A stretch of DNA of 64,000 nucleotides from Terriglobia bacterium (GCA_965223005.1 CBDCVK010000002.1:288001-352000); one strand, 5' to 3'. Shown: positions 42,479-53,986, numbered from the stretch's first letter. The notes: generated by a model not told the origin, from the sequence alone. Numbers and translations are program-made.

Positions 42479-43987
42479 ATGCCACATTTTCCAAGAGTTT
42501 GCTGGACTCTGGCGGCGGCTACGGCCGAGCGAGTGCTGGCACGTTCCAGGCAGATTCGGCCCCCTTCGGCCCGCTTCGTGGAGGTACGACTCGATTACCT
42601 GGAGAGCCCTGAGCAAGGGCCCAAGGTCATGCAGGCTCTCCGGCGCCGCCGGATTCCGGCCATTGCCACACTGCGCACCACTGTGGCCGAGGGGAAATAC
42701 TCAGGCTCGCTGGAAGAGCAACTGCGCATTCTGCAAGCGTGCGGAAAGGCCGGGGCCGACATTGTGGACCTGGAAATCGAGTCCGCCGAGCGGGCCGGAC
42801 GCGAGGCCGTCGCCCAGCTACGCCGAGATGCCCGCCTCCTGCTGTCTTTCCACGACTATCGACAGGCCCCAGAACCGGCGGAGGCTGTGCTTCGCCGGCT
42901 GACAGTGTTTCCCGCGGACCTGTACAAAGTCGTGGGCCGGAGTTGGCAGCACAGCGAAAACGTCGCGTTGCTGCGGCTGAATGCGGGTGGCCGCGGCAAG
43001 GGCAAAGTTCTGGCCTTTGCCCTGGGAGAGGTGGGCGTACCAACGAGGGTGCTATCGGTGGCCTGGGGCGCCCCGTTCACCTACGGAGCCCTCTCGAGCG
43101 ACGAAGCTGTAGCCGCGGGCCAATTGACCGGGCAGGAGTTGCTGGAACGCTACCGGCTGGGCCGTCTATCGAGCCGCACGGCGGTGTACGGGCTCATCGG
43201 CAACCCCGTGGCCCATTCCCTCTCCCCGGCGGTGCACAATGCCGCCTTTGCCGCCAGGCGACGCGATGCCGTCTACCTGCCGTTTCGCGTGGAGTCTCTG
43301 GGAGATTTCCTGGAAACGGTGGAGACCTACGGGCTGTCGGGATTCAGCATTACCCTGCCGCACAAGGAAGCGATGGCGTGCGCCGCCACACGGGTGGATC
43401 CCGAAGCACGGGAAGTGGGCGCGATCAACACCATTGTCCGGCGCGGCGGAAAGCTGCTCGGCTTCAACACGGACCTGACGGGAATCACCATCCCGCTGGA
43501 GAAGCGCTTGCGGTTGGCCGGCGCGCGAGTGCTGGTGGCCGGCGCCGGGGGCGCAGCGCGCGCGGCCGCCTTTGCCCTGGCACGGAGGCAGGCGCGAGTG
43601 ACGGTTGTGGCCCGGCGCCCCGAGCAGGCCGCCGAGCTGGCACAGCAGGTGGATGCCGAAGTGGTGGAGCGCAATGTACTTTCCACCGAGCGGTTTGACG
43701 CCATCATTCACGCCACTCCGCTGGGGATGCATCCGGATACCGAAGCTTGTTTCTTCAGCCCCGGCGAACTGAATGCACGAGTCGTGTTCGATACCGTGTA
43801 CAACCCCCTCGAGACCAAACTGGTCCGAATGGCCCGGCAGCGGCGCATCCAAATCATTACCGGCCTGGAGATGTTCCTGGAACAGGCAGCGAGGCAATTC
43901 GAACTGTGGAGGGGAGAGAAAGCTCCCCGCTCTGTCATGCAACGGGCCGCCTTTTGCGCCCTGGGAGGAAAGCCGCCTTGGTGGTGA
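42479..43987 (+). CDS. aroE: Bifunctional type I 3-dehydroquinate dehydratase / shikimate dehydrogenase
   Basis: N-terminal EVRLD, SFH, AAGQ; C-terminal HSLSP, SITLPHK, NTD, GAGGAA. Confidence 0.93.
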   Translation: MPHFPRVCWTLAAATAERVLARSRQIRPPSARFVEVRLDYLESPEQGPKVMQALRRRRIPAIATLRTTVAEGKYSGSLEEQLRILQACGKAGADIVDLEIESAERAGREAVAQLRRDARLLLSFHDYRQAPEPAEAVLRRLTVFPADLYKVVGRSWQHSENVALLRLNAGGRGKGKVLAFALGEVGVPTRVLSVAWGAPFTYGALSSDEAVAAGQLTGQELLERYRLGRLSSRTAVYGLIGNPVAHSLSPAVHNAAFAARRRDAVYLPFRVESLGDFLETVETYGLSGFSITLPHKEAMACAATRVDPEAREVGAINTIVRRGGKLLGFNTDLTGITIPLEKRLRLAGARVLVAGAGGAARAAAFALARRQARVTVVARRPEQAAELAQQVDAEVVERNVLSTERFDAIIHATPLGMHPDTEACFFSPGELNARVVFDTVYNPLETKLVRMARQRRIQIITGLEMFLEQAARQFELWRGEKAPRSVMQRAAFCALGGKPPWW

Positions 43988-45453
43988 CGCCCGATCTGAA
44001 AACCTTCCTGGAATGCGCGCAGCGAGGCAACGTCATTCCCGTCTACAAGGCGGTGCTGGCGGACACGCTCACGCCGGTGTCGGCCTACCTGCTCCTGTCG
44101 CGCGGCTGCCGCTATTCCTTCTTGCTGGAAAGCGTGGAAGGAGGCGAACGCGTCGGCCGCTACACCTTCCTTGGCACGGACCCGTACTTAGTGCTGCGTG
44201 CCCGGGGTGAACGGGTCGAGCTGGAGAGCCGGGGCGCTCGCCGCCGCCGGGGCCGCCTACTCGATCTGTTGCGCGAGATCACCTCGCGGTATCGGCCGGT
44301 GGCAGTCCCCGGGCTCCCACCGTTCGCTGGGGGCGGGGTGGGGTATCTCGGCTACGATCTGGTCCGCCAGTTCGAGCGCTTGCCTCCGCCCCCCCGCGAT
44401 GACGTTGGCTTGCCCGACGCCCTGTTGATGTTCTTTTCCAAATTGTTGGTGTTCGACCACGTCAAGCACCAAATTCTGATCATCGCCAACGTCTTCCTGG
44501 ACCAGGGACAGCACGACGCGGAGAGCCGCTACCGCGCCGCCCAGAAGGAGATCGAGCGGATGGAAAAGCGTCTGGCCGGTGCAGCGCGCCCCTTAAAGGA
44601 AACGCGCAGCCGGAAACCGCTGCGCGTCCGATCCAAGTTCTCCCGGCCAGACTTTGAGCGTGCGGTGGAACGAGCCAAAGAGTACATCAGCGCCGGCGAC
44701 ATTTTTCAGGTGGTCCTTTCACTGCGCCTGCAGACGCGCATTTCGAAGGCGCCGTTCTCCATCTACCGCGCCCTGCGCATGGTCAATCCCTCGCCCTACA
44801 TGTTTTTCCTCAACCTCGGAGGCGACACGGTCCTGGGTTCCTCGCCGGAGATGCTGGTGAAGGTGCAGGAGCGCTCGGTCGAATACCGGCCCATTGCCGG
44901 GACCCGTCGCCGGGGGGCCACCGAAGAGGAAGACCGCTCGCTGGAACAGGAGATGACACACGACGAGAAAGAGCGTGCCGAGCACATTATGCTGGTGGAC
45001 CTGGGCCGCAATGACCTGGGCCGGGTGTGCGAATTCGGCTCCGTCGAGGTGACCGACCTGATGTCGGTCGAGCGCTACTCCCACGTCATGCACCTGGTCT
45101 CCAGCATCCGCGGCACCCTGCGACCGGGGCTGGATATGTACGACGCGCTGGCCGCTTGTTTTCCAGCCGGAACCGTTTCCGGCGCGCCCAAAGTGCGCGC
45201 CATGGAAATTATCCGCGAGCTGGAGCCAACCCACCGCGGCATTTACTCCGGCAGCGTGTTCTACTTGGATTTCTCCGGCAACCTGAACTCCTGCATCGCG
45301 ATTCGCACCATGGTGGTCCGTCGTGGCAACGCTTACATTCAGGTGGGCGCCGGCATTGTGGCCGACTCCTCACCGGCGCGCGAATACGAGGAGTGCATGA
45401 GTAAGGGCCGCGCCTTGTTGAATGCCATCGAAATCGCCCACGCCGGACTGTAG
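43981..45453 (+). CDS. trpE: Anthranilate synthase component I
   Basis: FLLESVEGGE, GDIFQVV, NPSPYM, PIAGT, EHIMLVDLGRND, SGAPK. Confidence 0.93.
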   Translation: MVTPDLKTFLECAQRGNVIPVYKAVLADTLTPVSAYLLLSRGCRYSFLLESVEGGERVGRYTFLGTDPYLVLRARGERVELESRGARRRRGRLLDLLREITSRYRPVAVPGLPPFAGGGVGYLGYDLVRQFERLPPPPRDDVGLPDALLMFFSKLLVFDHVKHQILIIANVFLDQGQHDAESRYRAAQKEIERMEKRLAGAARPLKETRSRKPLRVRSKFSRPDFERAVERAKEYISAGDIFQVVLSLRLQTRISKAPFSIYRALRMVNPSPYMFFLNLGGDTVLGSSPEMLVKVQERSVEYRPIAGTRRRGATEEEDRSLEQEMTHDEKERAEHIMLVDLGRNDLGRVCEFGSVEVTDLMSVERYSHVMHLVSSIRGTLRPGLDMYDALAACFPAGTVSGAPKVRAMEIIRELEPTHRGIYSGSVFYLDFSGNLNSCIAIRTMVVRRGNAYIQVGAGIVADSSPAREYEECMSKGRALLNAIEIAHAGL

Positions 45454-45494
45454 CGGTCTAAAACTGCAAACTGAAGACTTGGGGCCAGGATTCG

Positions 45495-46067
45495 ATGATC
45501 TTCGTGCTCGATAACTACGATTCGTTCACCTACAACCTGGTGCAATACCTGGGCGAATTAGGCCAGCAGCTCGCGGTACACCGCAATGATCAAGTGACGG
45601 TAGGTGAGATCGAGCGGATGAACCCGGAGCGGATCGTCATTTCCCCTGGACCCTGCACGCCGCGGGAAGCCGGCATCAGCATTGAGCTAGTCCGCCACTT
45701 CGCGGGAAAGAAGCCGGTGCTCGGGGTCTGCCTGGGGCATCAGGCAATCGGTGAGGCCTTTGGGGGAAAAGTCGTCCGGGCGCCCTACCTAATGCACGGC
45801 AAGCTCAGCCAGATCCACCACGACGGCCGCACCGTTTTTCGCGGCCTGCCCCAGGATTTCGCCGCCACCCGCTATCACTCATTGATCGTGGAGAAGGACA
45901 ATCTCCCCGAAGAACTGGAGGTCTCCGCCACCACCTCGGACGGACTCATCATGGGTCTGCGCCACCGCCGCTTCCCGATCGAAGGCGTGCAGTTCCACCC
46001 CGAATCCATCCTGACCGACGTCGGCAAGCAACTGCTGCAAAATTTCCTTGAACCTGTAAGGGAGTGA
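45495..46067 (+). CDS. trpG: Anthranilate synthase component II
   Basis: [26 protein letters not shown]. Confidence 0.93.
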   Translation: MIFVLDNYDSFTYNLVQYLGELGQQLAVHRNDQVTVGEIERMNPERIVISPGPCTPREAGISIELVRHFAGKKPVLGVCLGHQAIGEAFGGKVVRAPYLMHGKLSQIHHDGRTVFRGLPQDFAATRYHSLIVEKDNLPEELEVSATTSDGLIMGLRHRRFPIEGVQFHPESILTDVGKQLLQNFLEPVRE

Positions 46068-46118
46068 AGTTTGTTTCGGGCTGCCGGGTAGTTTTCGCGA
46101 GAGGTGAGTCCCTTTCAC

Positions 46119-47186
46119 CTATTGCCCGGTGCTGGCCGCTGCTCTTTGGCTGAATTCAACCAGAGCCTTAAGCTTTGCCAGTGCGGCTCCGGAATCGAGC
46201 GACTGGCGAGCCAGCTCCATCGCCTGGGAGAAATTTTCACCGCGCCCGGCGGCGACCAGAGCGGCGGCGGCGTTCACCAGCACCACGTCCCGGTGTGGTC
46301 CGGCCTCCCCATCCAGAACCTGATGCACCAGGAGCGCGTTTTCCTTTGCGTCTCCGCCTGCCAAGTCCTCCGGCCGCGCGCGTGATACCCCAAAATCCTC
46401 AGGCGCCACCCAGTAGGTTTCCACTCCTGCATCAGAAACTTCGGCGACCAGCGTGCGGGCGGTGGTGGTGATCTCGTCCAGTCCGTCGTCGCCGTGCACC
46501 ACGAAGCCGCGACGCAACCCCAGCTCCCGCAGCGCGCTGGCTACCTTGCGCACCACCGCCTTCTCGTACACTCCAACGATCTGCGCAGTGGCCCCGGCGG
46601 GATTCGTCAGCGGGCCGAGCATGTTGAAGACCGTTCGCAACTGCAACTGCTTCCGGGCAGGCGCGGCATACTTCATCGCCGTGTGGACCGCCGGGGCGAA
46701 CAGAAACCCGATGCCGACCGTGCGGATGGCTTCTCTCATGCGAGCGGGCGGCAAGTCAATGTTCACTCCCAACTGCTCCACGACGTCGGCGCTGCCGCAG
46801 CGGCTGGTGACCGACCGGTTGCCATGTTTGGCGACTCGCACGCCCGCGCCGGCCACCGTCAACGCAGTGGCGGTGGAAATGTTGAAGGTGCTGCTGGCGT
46901 CTCCGCCCGTGCCGCAGGTGTCCACCAGCGCGTCCCGCTCGGTGCCTGCTAGGTACTCTTCGGCTCCTGCGCCGCCCAAGGGAGCTGCCCGCTCGCGGAT
47001 GGCCAGTGCAAAGCCGACCAACTCCTCCACCGTTTCTCCCTTCATGGTCAAGGCGGTGACGAAGGCGGCGATCTGCGCGTCGGTAGCTTTGCCCTCCAGC
47101 ACCTCTTCCATCACCTCGCGAGCTTCCCCGCGAGTCAGGCCCGCCTTGCGGTGGACGATTCGGTGCAACGCTTCCAGCAGCTTCAT
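46119..47186 (-). CDS. trpD: Anthranilate phosphoribosyltransferase
   Basis: [28 protein letters not shown]. Confidence 0.96.
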   Translation of the reverse strand: MKLLEALHRIVHRKAGLTRGEAREVMEEVLEGKATDAQIAAFVTALTMKGETVEELVGFALAIRERAAPLGGAGAEEYLAGTERDALVDTCGTGGDASSTFNISTATALTVAGAGVRVAKHGNRSVTSRCGSADVVEQLGVNIDLPPARMREAIRTVGIGFLFAPAVHTAMKYAAPARKQLQLRTVFNMLGPLTNPAGATAQIVGVYEKAVVRKVASALRELGLRRGFVVHGDDGLDEITTTARTLVAEVSDAGVETYWVAPEDFGVSRARPEDLAGGDAKENALLVHQVLDGEAGPHRDVVLVNAAAALVAAGRGENFSQAMELARQSLDSGAALAKLKALVEFSQRAAASTGQ

Positions 47187-47204
47187 GGTCAGAAAAAAGC
47201 TCTG

Positions 47205-47238
47205 TGCTATACTGCTCGCTCTCCGCGCGTTCATTATA
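47205..47238. promoter_or_regulatory. Face-to-face -10 boxes for sucC (+) and trpD (-)
   Basis: TGcTATACT at 47205-47213 (+); TATAAT at 47233-47238 (-). Confidence 0.5.
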
Positions 47239-47255
47239 TAGCAGACCCTGAAGCC

Positions 47256-48449
47256 GTGAAGATTCACGAATATCAAGCCAAAGAACTCCTCAGGCGCTTC
47301 GATGTTCCGGTGCCTCGCGGTGAGGTGGCGGAGTCAGCTCAGCAGGCCGGAGAAATCGCTCAGCGGCTGGGCGGACCGGTGGTGGTCAAGGCGCAGATTC
47401 ACGCCGGCGGGCGCGGGAAAGGCGGCGGTGTCAAGCTGGCCTCGAGTGTCGCGGAGACCCGGGAAATCGCCGCGGGCATGCTAGGCACGAAGCTGGTAAC
47501 GCACCAGACCGGCCCCGAGGGCCGGGAGGTGCGGCGCGTACTGGTGGAAGAAACCCTGCCTATCCAAAGCGAACTGTATCTGGGTGTGGTGGTGGACCGC
47601 GCGCGCGCTTGCCCGGTCTTCATGGCCAGTTCGGCCGGCGGGGTGGAAATTGAGGAAGTGGCAGCCAAAACACCAGAACGGATCTTGCTGGAGCCCGTTG
47701 ATGTGGGCCTGGGTCTGCAGCCGTTTCAGGCCCGCAAGCTGGCGTTTGGCCTGGGGTTGCCGGAAGGCCTGCATCGCCCCGCGGTCCGATTGATGACCGC
47801 CCTGGCCCGATCTTTCCTGGAGACGGATGCTTCTCTGGCCGAAATCAACCCTCTGATTGTGACCGCCCCGATTGTAACCAGTAACAATGGGAACGAGGAA
47901 GCGCGACTTGTGGCGCTGGACGCCAAGATTAATTTCGACGACAACGCCCTCCATCGCCACAAAGAGTTCCTGCTCCTGCGTGACCTGAACGAGGAGGAGC
48001 CGCTGGAGATTGAAGCTGGCCGATACGGGCTCAGCTACATCAAGCTGGACGGCAACGTGGGTTGCATGGTCAACGGAGCGGGGTTGGCCATGGCCACCAT
48101 GGATATCATCCAGTACGCCGGAGGCAGCCCGGCCAATTTCCTGGACGTGGGAGGTGGGGCGAGCGCCGAGCAGGTAACGCACGCGTTTAAGATTCTGCTA
48201 TTGGACCAGAATGTACAGGCTGTACTCATCAACATCTTCGGCGGCATTCTACGGTGCGACCGGCTGGCACGGGGCGTGGTGCAGGCGGCAAAGGCGGTGG
48301 CCGTTCAGGTGCCGGTGGTGGTGCGGTTGGAAGGCACCAATGTGGAGCAAGGCCGCACCATCCTGCGCGAGTCGGGCTTGAACTTCACCGTGGCCGACGA
48401 CATGAAAGACGCGGCAGGGAAAGTCGTAGCCTTGGCCGCGGGCCGGTAG
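47256..48449 (+). CDS. sucC: Succinyl-CoA synthetase beta subunit
   Basis: [37 protein letters not shown]. Confidence 0.97.
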   Translation: MKIHEYQAKELLRRFDVPVPRGEVAESAQQAGEIAQRLGGPVVVKAQIHAGGRGKGGGVKLASSVAETREIAAGMLGTKLVTHQTGPEGREVRRVLVEETLPIQSELYLGVVVDRARACPVFMASSAGGVEIEEVAAKTPERILLEPVDVGLGLQPFQARKLAFGLGLPEGLHRPAVRLMTALARSFLETDASLAEINPLIVTAPIVTSNNGNEEARLVALDAKINFDDNALHRHKEFLLLRDLNEEEPLEIEAGRYGLSYIKLDGNVGCMVNGAGLAMATMDIIQYAGGSPANFLDVGGGASAEQVTHAFKILLLDQNVQAVLINIFGGILRCDRLARGVVQAAKAVAVQVPVVVRLEGTNVEQGRTILRESGLNFTVADDMKDAAGKVVALAAGR

Positions 48450-48491
48450 CCGGGCGCGGGCCGACTTGGACCTTGGGCTTTGGACTAAAGC

Positions 48492-49382
48492 ATGAGCATT
48501 TTGGTGGACGAACACACACGGTTGCTGGTTCAAGGACTCACTGGACGTGAGGGGACCTTCCACACCCAGCAGGCCGTCGCCTACGGAACCAAGGTCGTTG
48601 GCGGCGTGACTCCCGGCAAGGGAGGAACCAGACACGAGGGCGTTCCGGTCTTTCACACGGTGGCCGAAGCGGTGCGGCAAACAGGCGCCAATGTCTCGGT
48701 GATTTTTGTTCCTGCGTCCTACGCCGCCGACGCCATCCTGGAGGCAGCCGAGGCCGGGCTGCCGCTGGTGGTCTGCATTACCGAAGGCATCCCGACGCTG
48801 GACATGGTCCGCGTCCGCGCCTTTTTGGAAAAACACTCCACCCGGCTGATTGGCCCCAACTGCCCCGGCATCATTTCACCGGGCAAATGCAAGATCGGCA
48901 TCATGCCCGGGCACATCCACAAGCCGGGCCGCGTGGGCGTGGTGTCGCGCAGCGGCACGCTGACCTACGAGGCAGTCCACCAGCTCAGCGGGCTGGGCAT
49001 CGGACAGTCCACCTGCATCGGCATTGGTGGAGACCCGATCATTGGGACCAGCTTCCTGGATGCCGTCCGGTTATTCAATGACGACCCAGAAACCGAGGCC
49101 ATCGTGCTGATCGGGGAAATCGGCGGCAGTGCCGAAGAGACCGCCGCGGCGTTCATCCGGGAGCACGTCCGCAAGCCGGTGGTGGGCTTTGTGGCCGGAC
49201 AGACCGCGCCGCCCGGCCGGCGCATGGGGCATGCCGGCGCCATCATTGCCGGGGGGCAGGGCACTGCCGCGGAAAAGATTCGCGCGCTGGAGTCTGCGGG
49301 CATTCAGGTGGCCAAAACACCGGCCGTGATCGGCGAAGCGGTCGCCGCCGCGCTGCGGGCGCGCTCCGCCATGGCGCAGTGA
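48492..49382 (+). CDS. sucD: Succinyl-CoA synthetase alpha subunit
   Basis: [26 protein letters not shown]. Confidence 0.97.
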   Translation: MSILVDEHTRLLVQGLTGREGTFHTQQAVAYGTKVVGGVTPGKGGTRHEGVPVFHTVAEAVRQTGANVSVIFVPASYAADAILEAAEAGLPLVVCITEGIPTLDMVRVRAFLEKHSTRLIGPNCPGIISPGKCKIGIMPGHIHKPGRVGVVSRSGTLTYEAVHQLSGLGIGQSTCIGIGGDPIIGTSFLDAVRLFNDDPETEAIVLIGEIGGSAEETAAAFIREHVRKPVVGFVAGQTAPPGRRMGHAGAIIAGGQGTAAEKIRALESAGIQVAKTPAVIGEAVAAALRARSAMAQ

Positions 49383-49421
49383 GTCGAGTTTGTACTCTGA
49401 AGTTTTCAAGTGAGGCACAGG

Positions 49422-49856
49422 ATGGCGAACGTTGAACGCACATTGAGCATCATCAAGCCGGATGCGGTTAGCGGTGGCTTCATCGGCAACATCATCCAGC
49501 GGCTGGAGCAGGAGAAGTTCCGAATCGTGGCCATGAAAATGGTGCGGCTTTCGTTGCCCGAGGCCGAAGGCTTTTACGCCGTGCACCGCCAGCGTCCGTT
49601 TTTCTCTAGCCTCACCCGCTTCATGACCGAGGACCGGGTGGTGGTCATCGTGCTCGAAGCTGAGGACGCCATCCGGCGGCTGCGCGAAGTGATGGGAGCG
49701 ACCAACCCGGCGCAGGCTGCCGAAGGCACCCTGCGCAAGCTCTACGGCTCTTCGATCGAGCGCAACGTCATTCACGGCTCCGACGCCCCCGAGACCGCCC
49801 GCTTCGAAATCGGTTACTTCTTCAACGCACTGGAAATCTTCGACTCCTCGGGATAA
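49422..49856 (+). CDS. ndk: Nucleoside diphosphate kinase
   Basis: ERTLSIIKPD, GATNP, NVIHGSD. Confidence 0.96.
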   Translation: MANVERTLSIIKPDAVSGGFIGNIIQRLEQEKFRIVAMKMVRLSLPEAEGFYAVHRQRPFFSSLTRFMTEDRVVVIVLEAEDAIRRLREVMGATNPAQAAEGTLRKLYGSSIERNVIHGSDAPETARFEIGYFFNALEIFDSSG

Positions 49857-49857
49857 G

Positions 49858-49933
49858 GTCCAAAGCCGAAAGTCCAAGACCGGCGAACGGCGTGCTCTTG
49901 GTTTAGACTTTGGACGTTGGATACTTTGGACTT
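49858..49933. repeat. 7-mer periodic inverted repeat (GTCCAAA / TTTGGAC family)
   Basis: GTCCAAA-GCCGAAA-GTCCAAG ... TAGACTT-TGGACGT-TGGATACTT-TGGACTT; related arms near 16882 and 48463. Confidence 0.6.
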
Positions 49934-49937
49934 TTCC

Positions 49938-51323
49938 ATGGCAGAGCAATTAACCCTCGACTGGACGCGGATTCCGGAGCGGACCGTCTACACGGTCACG
50001 GACTTGACGGCGCGGATCCGGGAGCTGCTGGAAGGCGAATTCGGCGAGGTGTGGGTGCAGGGCGAGATCTCCAACTGCAAGCCTGCCCCTTCCGGCCACT
50101 TTTACTTCACGTTGAAGGACCAGGGCGCGCAGTTGCGGGCCGTGTTGTTCAAGAACGCGCTGCGTCTGGTGAAGTTCAAGCCGAAGAACGGGCTGGCCGT
50201 GACCGCGCGCGGCCGCGTCAGCGTGTACGACCCGCGGGGCGAGTACCAGCTCATCGTCGAATACCTGGAGCCGGCCGGCTACGGCGCGCTGCAACTAGCC
50301 TTCGAGCAGCTCAAGACGCAGCTTGCGGCCGAGGGCCTGTTCGACTCGGCGCGGAAGAAGCCGCTGCCGATGCTGCCCCAGCGCATCGGGCTGATCACCT
50401 CGCCGCGGGGCGCGGTGATCGCTGACATGCTGCGCATCCTGCGGCGTCGCTTCGAGAACCTCCACCTGCTGCTCTACCCGGTGCGCGTGCAGGGCGAGGC
50501 CGCTGCCGGCGAAATTGTGGAAGCCCTCCACTACTTCAACCTGCCACCCAATCGCCAGGTGCACGGCCCGGTGGACGTGCTGATTCTGGCCCGCGGCGGA
50601 GGTTCGCTCGAAGACCTCTGGGCGTTCAACGAAGAACAGGTGGCGCGGGCGATTGCCCAGTCCCGAGTCCCGGTGATCTCCGCGGTGGGGCACGAGACCG
50701 ACGTCACTATTTCGGATTTTGTAGCGGACCTCCGCGCGCCCACTCCTTCGGCTGCAGCGGAGCTGGTAGTTCAGACCAAGGCGCAACTGGTTGAACGCAT
50801 CGCGGTGTTCCAGCAAAGCTTGCGGGAGCGCGTCGCCTTCCGCCTGCTGGGTCTCCGGCACCGCTTGGGGGAACTGGCGCGCCATCGCGCTTTCGAGAGC
50901 GTCGCCCGCCTGGTCCGGCTCCAGATGCAACGCACCGACGAGCTAGCCTACCGGCTGACGGAGCTAGCCCGTGGCCAGGTTGCTGACCGACTGCGGCGTC
51001 TGCAAGCCGTGCAGGGACGCCTGAGCCGCCTGGAGGTCAGGCGGCGGCTGGAGAGTGACCGCGCCCGGACGGCCGCCGCCGCGGCCGCCCTTCACCACGC
51101 GCTGCGCCGGCAACTGGACTGGCGCGCCGCCCGCCTGCAATCGCTGCTGGCGCAGTTGGGAGACCTGAGCCCGCTCAACGTGCTGGAGCGCGGCTATGCG
51201 CTGGCCTACGGCCCCGACGGCCGCCTGCTGCGCGATGCAGCCCGGGTGCGGCCCGGCGATGAAGTAGCTGTGCGCTTGGCTCGGGGCCGCCTCACCGCCG
51301 AAGTGAAAAAAAGGGAGCAGTAG
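49938..51323 (+). CDS. xseA: Exodeoxyribonuclease VII large subunit
   Basis: VWVQGEISN, SGHFYFTLKD, RGGGSLEDL, SAVGHETD, PTPSAAAE. Confidence 0.96.
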   Translation: MAEQLTLDWTRIPERTVYTVTDLTARIRELLEGEFGEVWVQGEISNCKPAPSGHFYFTLKDQGAQLRAVLFKNALRLVKFKPKNGLAVTARGRVSVYDPRGEYQLIVEYLEPAGYGALQLAFEQLKTQLAAEGLFDSARKKPLPMLPQRIGLITSPRGAVIADMLRILRRRFENLHLLLYPVRVQGEAAAGEIVEALHYFNLPPNRQVHGPVDVLILARGGGSLEDLWAFNEEQVARAIAQSRVPVISAVGHETDVTISDFVADLRAPTPSAAAELVVQTKAQLVERIAVFQQSLRERVAFRLLGLRHRLGELARHRAFESVARLVRLQMQRTDELAYRLTELARGQVADRLRRLQAVQGRLSRLEVRRRLESDRARTAAAAAALHHALRRQLDWRAARLQSLLAQLGDLSPLNVLERGYALAYGPDGRLLRDAARVRPGDEVAVRLARGRLTAEVKKREQ

Positions 51324-51370
51324 CACTGTAGGGACAGGTGCCCTCGCCTGACCAAAGCTCTCATCGACTC

Positions 51371-52879
51371 TCAGCGCGGCAATGGAAATACGGGCAGCTC
51401 CGGAATGGCGCTGCTGGCGGCGCCCGCGCCTTGCGGTGGCTGCAGCAACTCGTTGTGGCGGATGGCGCGAGGGAAGGGGGCGTCGGTACTCATGGCAAAG
51501 CCCAGGGAAGCGCGGCGCGAGAGGCTGCCGTGCGAACTTTGGAGCTCGACGAAATGCTCGAACCAACCACGGCCAAGGTAGTACCCGTCGGCCAGACTCA
51601 CCAGCAGGTCGGCGCGGTTCTCGACCAGGCCCAGCGGGGGGTCCTGCATCGAATGCCACAGCCGGAACAGCGCATCTGGATATGGACCTTTCAGAGTCGC
51701 GCTGAATAGCTCTTCTTCGAGGGCAAAGCCGGCTGAGTTTAGCTTGCCAGCCTCCTCCAACTGATTCCACAGCGGCAGCAGGCGGAGCGGGTCGCCGCGT
51801 TCGGCGCGATAGAGGAAGCGCGCTCTGTCTGCGTCGGCTTGAACTGTCGCTTCTCCATTGCGGGATTGGATGCGCACCAGTTCCCCGTCGCGATAGACAA
51901 CGGCTTCGACCCCTTCCGTCGCGGCCAGCACGCGCGCCGCTTCCGGCACCACTGCGGGATCGGCGTAGACCGCGGCGAAGCTCACCAGCCCAAATTCCGG
52001 AATGGCGACCGCGAGCGGCTCGTCAAGCTGCTCTTGCACCTGGAATCCAGCCTGTTCCAGCGATTCACGCAGGGGTGCCGGCCGGCCGGGCACCAGGTCG
52101 TTGCCATGGTCGGAGAACATTACGATTCGCAGCTTGCCCGCGGCTTCGAAGTAGAGGTCGCGTAGCAGCGCTTCCAGCTCCTCGAGCAGTGCTCGCACTT
52201 CACCGGAGGGCAGAACGTGGTACATCGCATCAGTGCTGGACATGTGGGCAACATAGACGGGAGTGCGTGAAGCCAGGAACCGCTTGCATAGCCGCCCCAG
52301 GTCTGCCCGAAAGGCCTTCCGGGACACGACGAAGTGGATGCCCTTGAAAATTGCGGGCGCGTCGTAGTCTAGCTTCTTCAGGTAGGGCGACGATTGCTGC
52401 AAGGTAACGCGGATGCCCCCGGTCACTTTTCCTTGGCCGCGGTCGAAATACTCGTTCTCGTAGCCGGGAACGGGCGCCGCGTGCAGCAGCGCCGTTATGG
52501 CGGTCTCGGAATCCGAAGGAAAGGTGCTGACCATCTGCACCGGCGTGAAAAATTCCCTGAAGTGCCCCTGGTCCCAGAGATTGCGCATTTGGGAATACGG
52601 CACGCCGTCGAGGCACAGGATCAGCAGACGGCTATCGGCCGTGGCGGCAGTGGGGCGCACGAAGAAGCCACTGGCCTGGCTGAACCGGTCGTAGACGCCA
52701 TCGCCGTCCAGGTCGGCGGCCTGAATCTGCCGCCCGTCGGAGGCGCGCCATCGGTGCTCCCCGGCCGGGTGGAACACCTTCGGGACAGGCTGTCCCCAGC
52801 GATGGATGTGCAAGGCGATATAGCCGGCGAGAATCGCCAGTAGCAGCGCGGCAGCGCGCCACCGGGCGGCTCTGCTCAT
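51371..52879 (-). CDS. Alkaline phosphatase superfamily (NPP-like) exported protein
   Basis: N-terminal TM; LDGV, STFPSDS, DAMYH, SDHG, SHG; DLDGDG Ca-binding-like loop. Confidence 0.75.
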   Translation of the reverse strand: MSRAARWRAAALLLAILAGYIALHIHRWGQPVPKVFHPAGEHRWRASDGRQIQAADLDGDGVYDRFSQASGFFVRPTAATADSRLLILCLDGVPYSQMRNLWDQGHFREFFTPVQMVSTFPSDSETAITALLHAAPVPGYENEYFDRGQGKVTGGIRVTLQQSSPYLKKLDYDAPAIFKGIHFVVSRKAFRADLGRLCKRFLASRTPVYVAHMSSTDAMYHVLPSGEVRALLEELEALLRDLYFEAAGKLRIVMFSDHGNDLVPGRPAPLRESLEQAGFQVQEQLDEPLAVAIPEFGLVSFAAVYADPAVVPEAARVLAATEGVEAVVYRDGELVRIQSRNGEATVQADADRARFLYRAERGDPLRLLPLWNQLEEAGKLNSAGFALEEELFSATLKGPYPDALFRLWHSMQDPPLGLVENRADLLVSLADGYYLGRGWFEHFVELQSSHGSLSRRASLGFAMSTDAPFPRAIRHNELLQPPQGAGAASSAIPELPVFPLPR

Positions 52880-53862
52880 TTCCCGGCCTGGGAGGCTTCG
52901 GTCAACAAAGCTGCCAGGAGCGGAACCATGATTTCGTGATGGCCGGTGAGAGCCCAGCCCTTGCCGCCCGCGGCCGTGGGCCGCCGCACCACATTCTGCA
53001 TCGGGCGGTAGTGCTGAAAGAAATCGAGGTTGGCCGTGTAAAACTGGTGGAGCGAGTGGCCCAGGTTGTGGACCACCGTGACCGCCTTCAGGAACACTTC
53101 CGGCAACATGACGGCGGAGCCGACATTCAGGTAAACGCCGCCGCCCTCCAACTTGCGGACCAGCTCACAAAGAAGGCGGAAGTCGTGATGAGTGGCGGCG
53201 CCTTGGGCAGCCGGGTCCAGGCATGGATGCATGTGCGGCGTATCGGCCCCGAGCGCCACGTGGACGGTAACCGGCACGCGCGCCCGGGAGGCGCCCGCCA
53301 ACAGACTCACGTCCAGCCGGCTGTTGCCCGAGGAACCAGGTGCGGTCGCCAGTGACAGAATCTCCCGGCCCAGCCCTTCGCCCAGGCCGATCTGCTCGCG
53401 CGCCGCCGTCTCGGCTGCCGATTGCAGCAACCTCGCGGTTTCTTCCGCCATTCCAAAGGACCCATCGTCGAGCACCGCTTCGACTTCCTCGGAAGTGCTG
53501 CCGCAAAGGGCGATCTCCACGTCGTGGATGGCGGCTGAGCCATTCATGGCCATTCCGCTCACAAATCCCTGGCGCATCAATCCCAGCAGTACCGGTGCCA
53601 GCCCGCACTTGACCACGTGGCCTCCCAGGCCCCAGATAATCGGCTTGCCAAGCCGCCGGGCTTCCATCATGGCCTGGACTAATTCCACCAGCGAATTGGC
53701 CGCCAAGATCATGGGCAAGGAATCCAACCAGCCCTGAAATCCATGGCCGGGCCGGTATTCCTGGGCAAAATCCTCCGCTGACACCTTGGCGGCGCGGTTG
53801 GTCAGAGAGACCGTTTGGATGCCGGACAGCTCGATGGGTTTGTCGTCGTAGTTGCTGGACAT
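52876..53862 (-). CDS. Uncharacterised DHS-like NAD-binding fold protein (GSU2086-like family)
   Basis: IIWGLGGHVVKCG, MNGSAAIHDVE, SEEV...GSFGM, GSAVMLPEVFLKA, GHHEIM. Confidence 0.75.
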   Translation of the reverse strand: MSSNYDDKPIELSGIQTVSLTNRAAKVSAEDFAQEYRPGHGFQGWLDSLPMILAANSLVELVQAMMEARRLGKPIIWGLGGHVVKCGLAPVLLGLMRQGFVSGMAMNGSAAIHDVEIALCGSTSEEVEAVLDDGSFGMAEETARLLQSAAETAAREQIGLGEGLGREILSLATAPGSSGNSRLDVSLLAGASRARVPVTVHVALGADTPHMHPCLDPAAQGAATHHDFRLLCELVRKLEGGGVYLNVGSAVMLPEVFLKAVTVVHNLGHSLHQFYTANLDFFQHYRPMQNVVRRPTAAGGKGWALTGHHEIMVPLLAALLTEASQAGK

Positions 53863-53986
53863 GAGCGTGGACACCAGTGTGCCACAAGTTGTGTCAAGAC
53901 AGCATCCTTAGCAAGTTCATGGAAGTCTTTTTCCGGTGTAACGGCTACAGATTGGCCAAGGGGAAGCGTGGCCTCTGCTGGGAGAG

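Noticed and set aside
52876-53862. Canonical deoxyhypusine or homospermidine synthase call
   Set aside because: Catalytic-Lys motif absent; only fold-level similarity is claimed.
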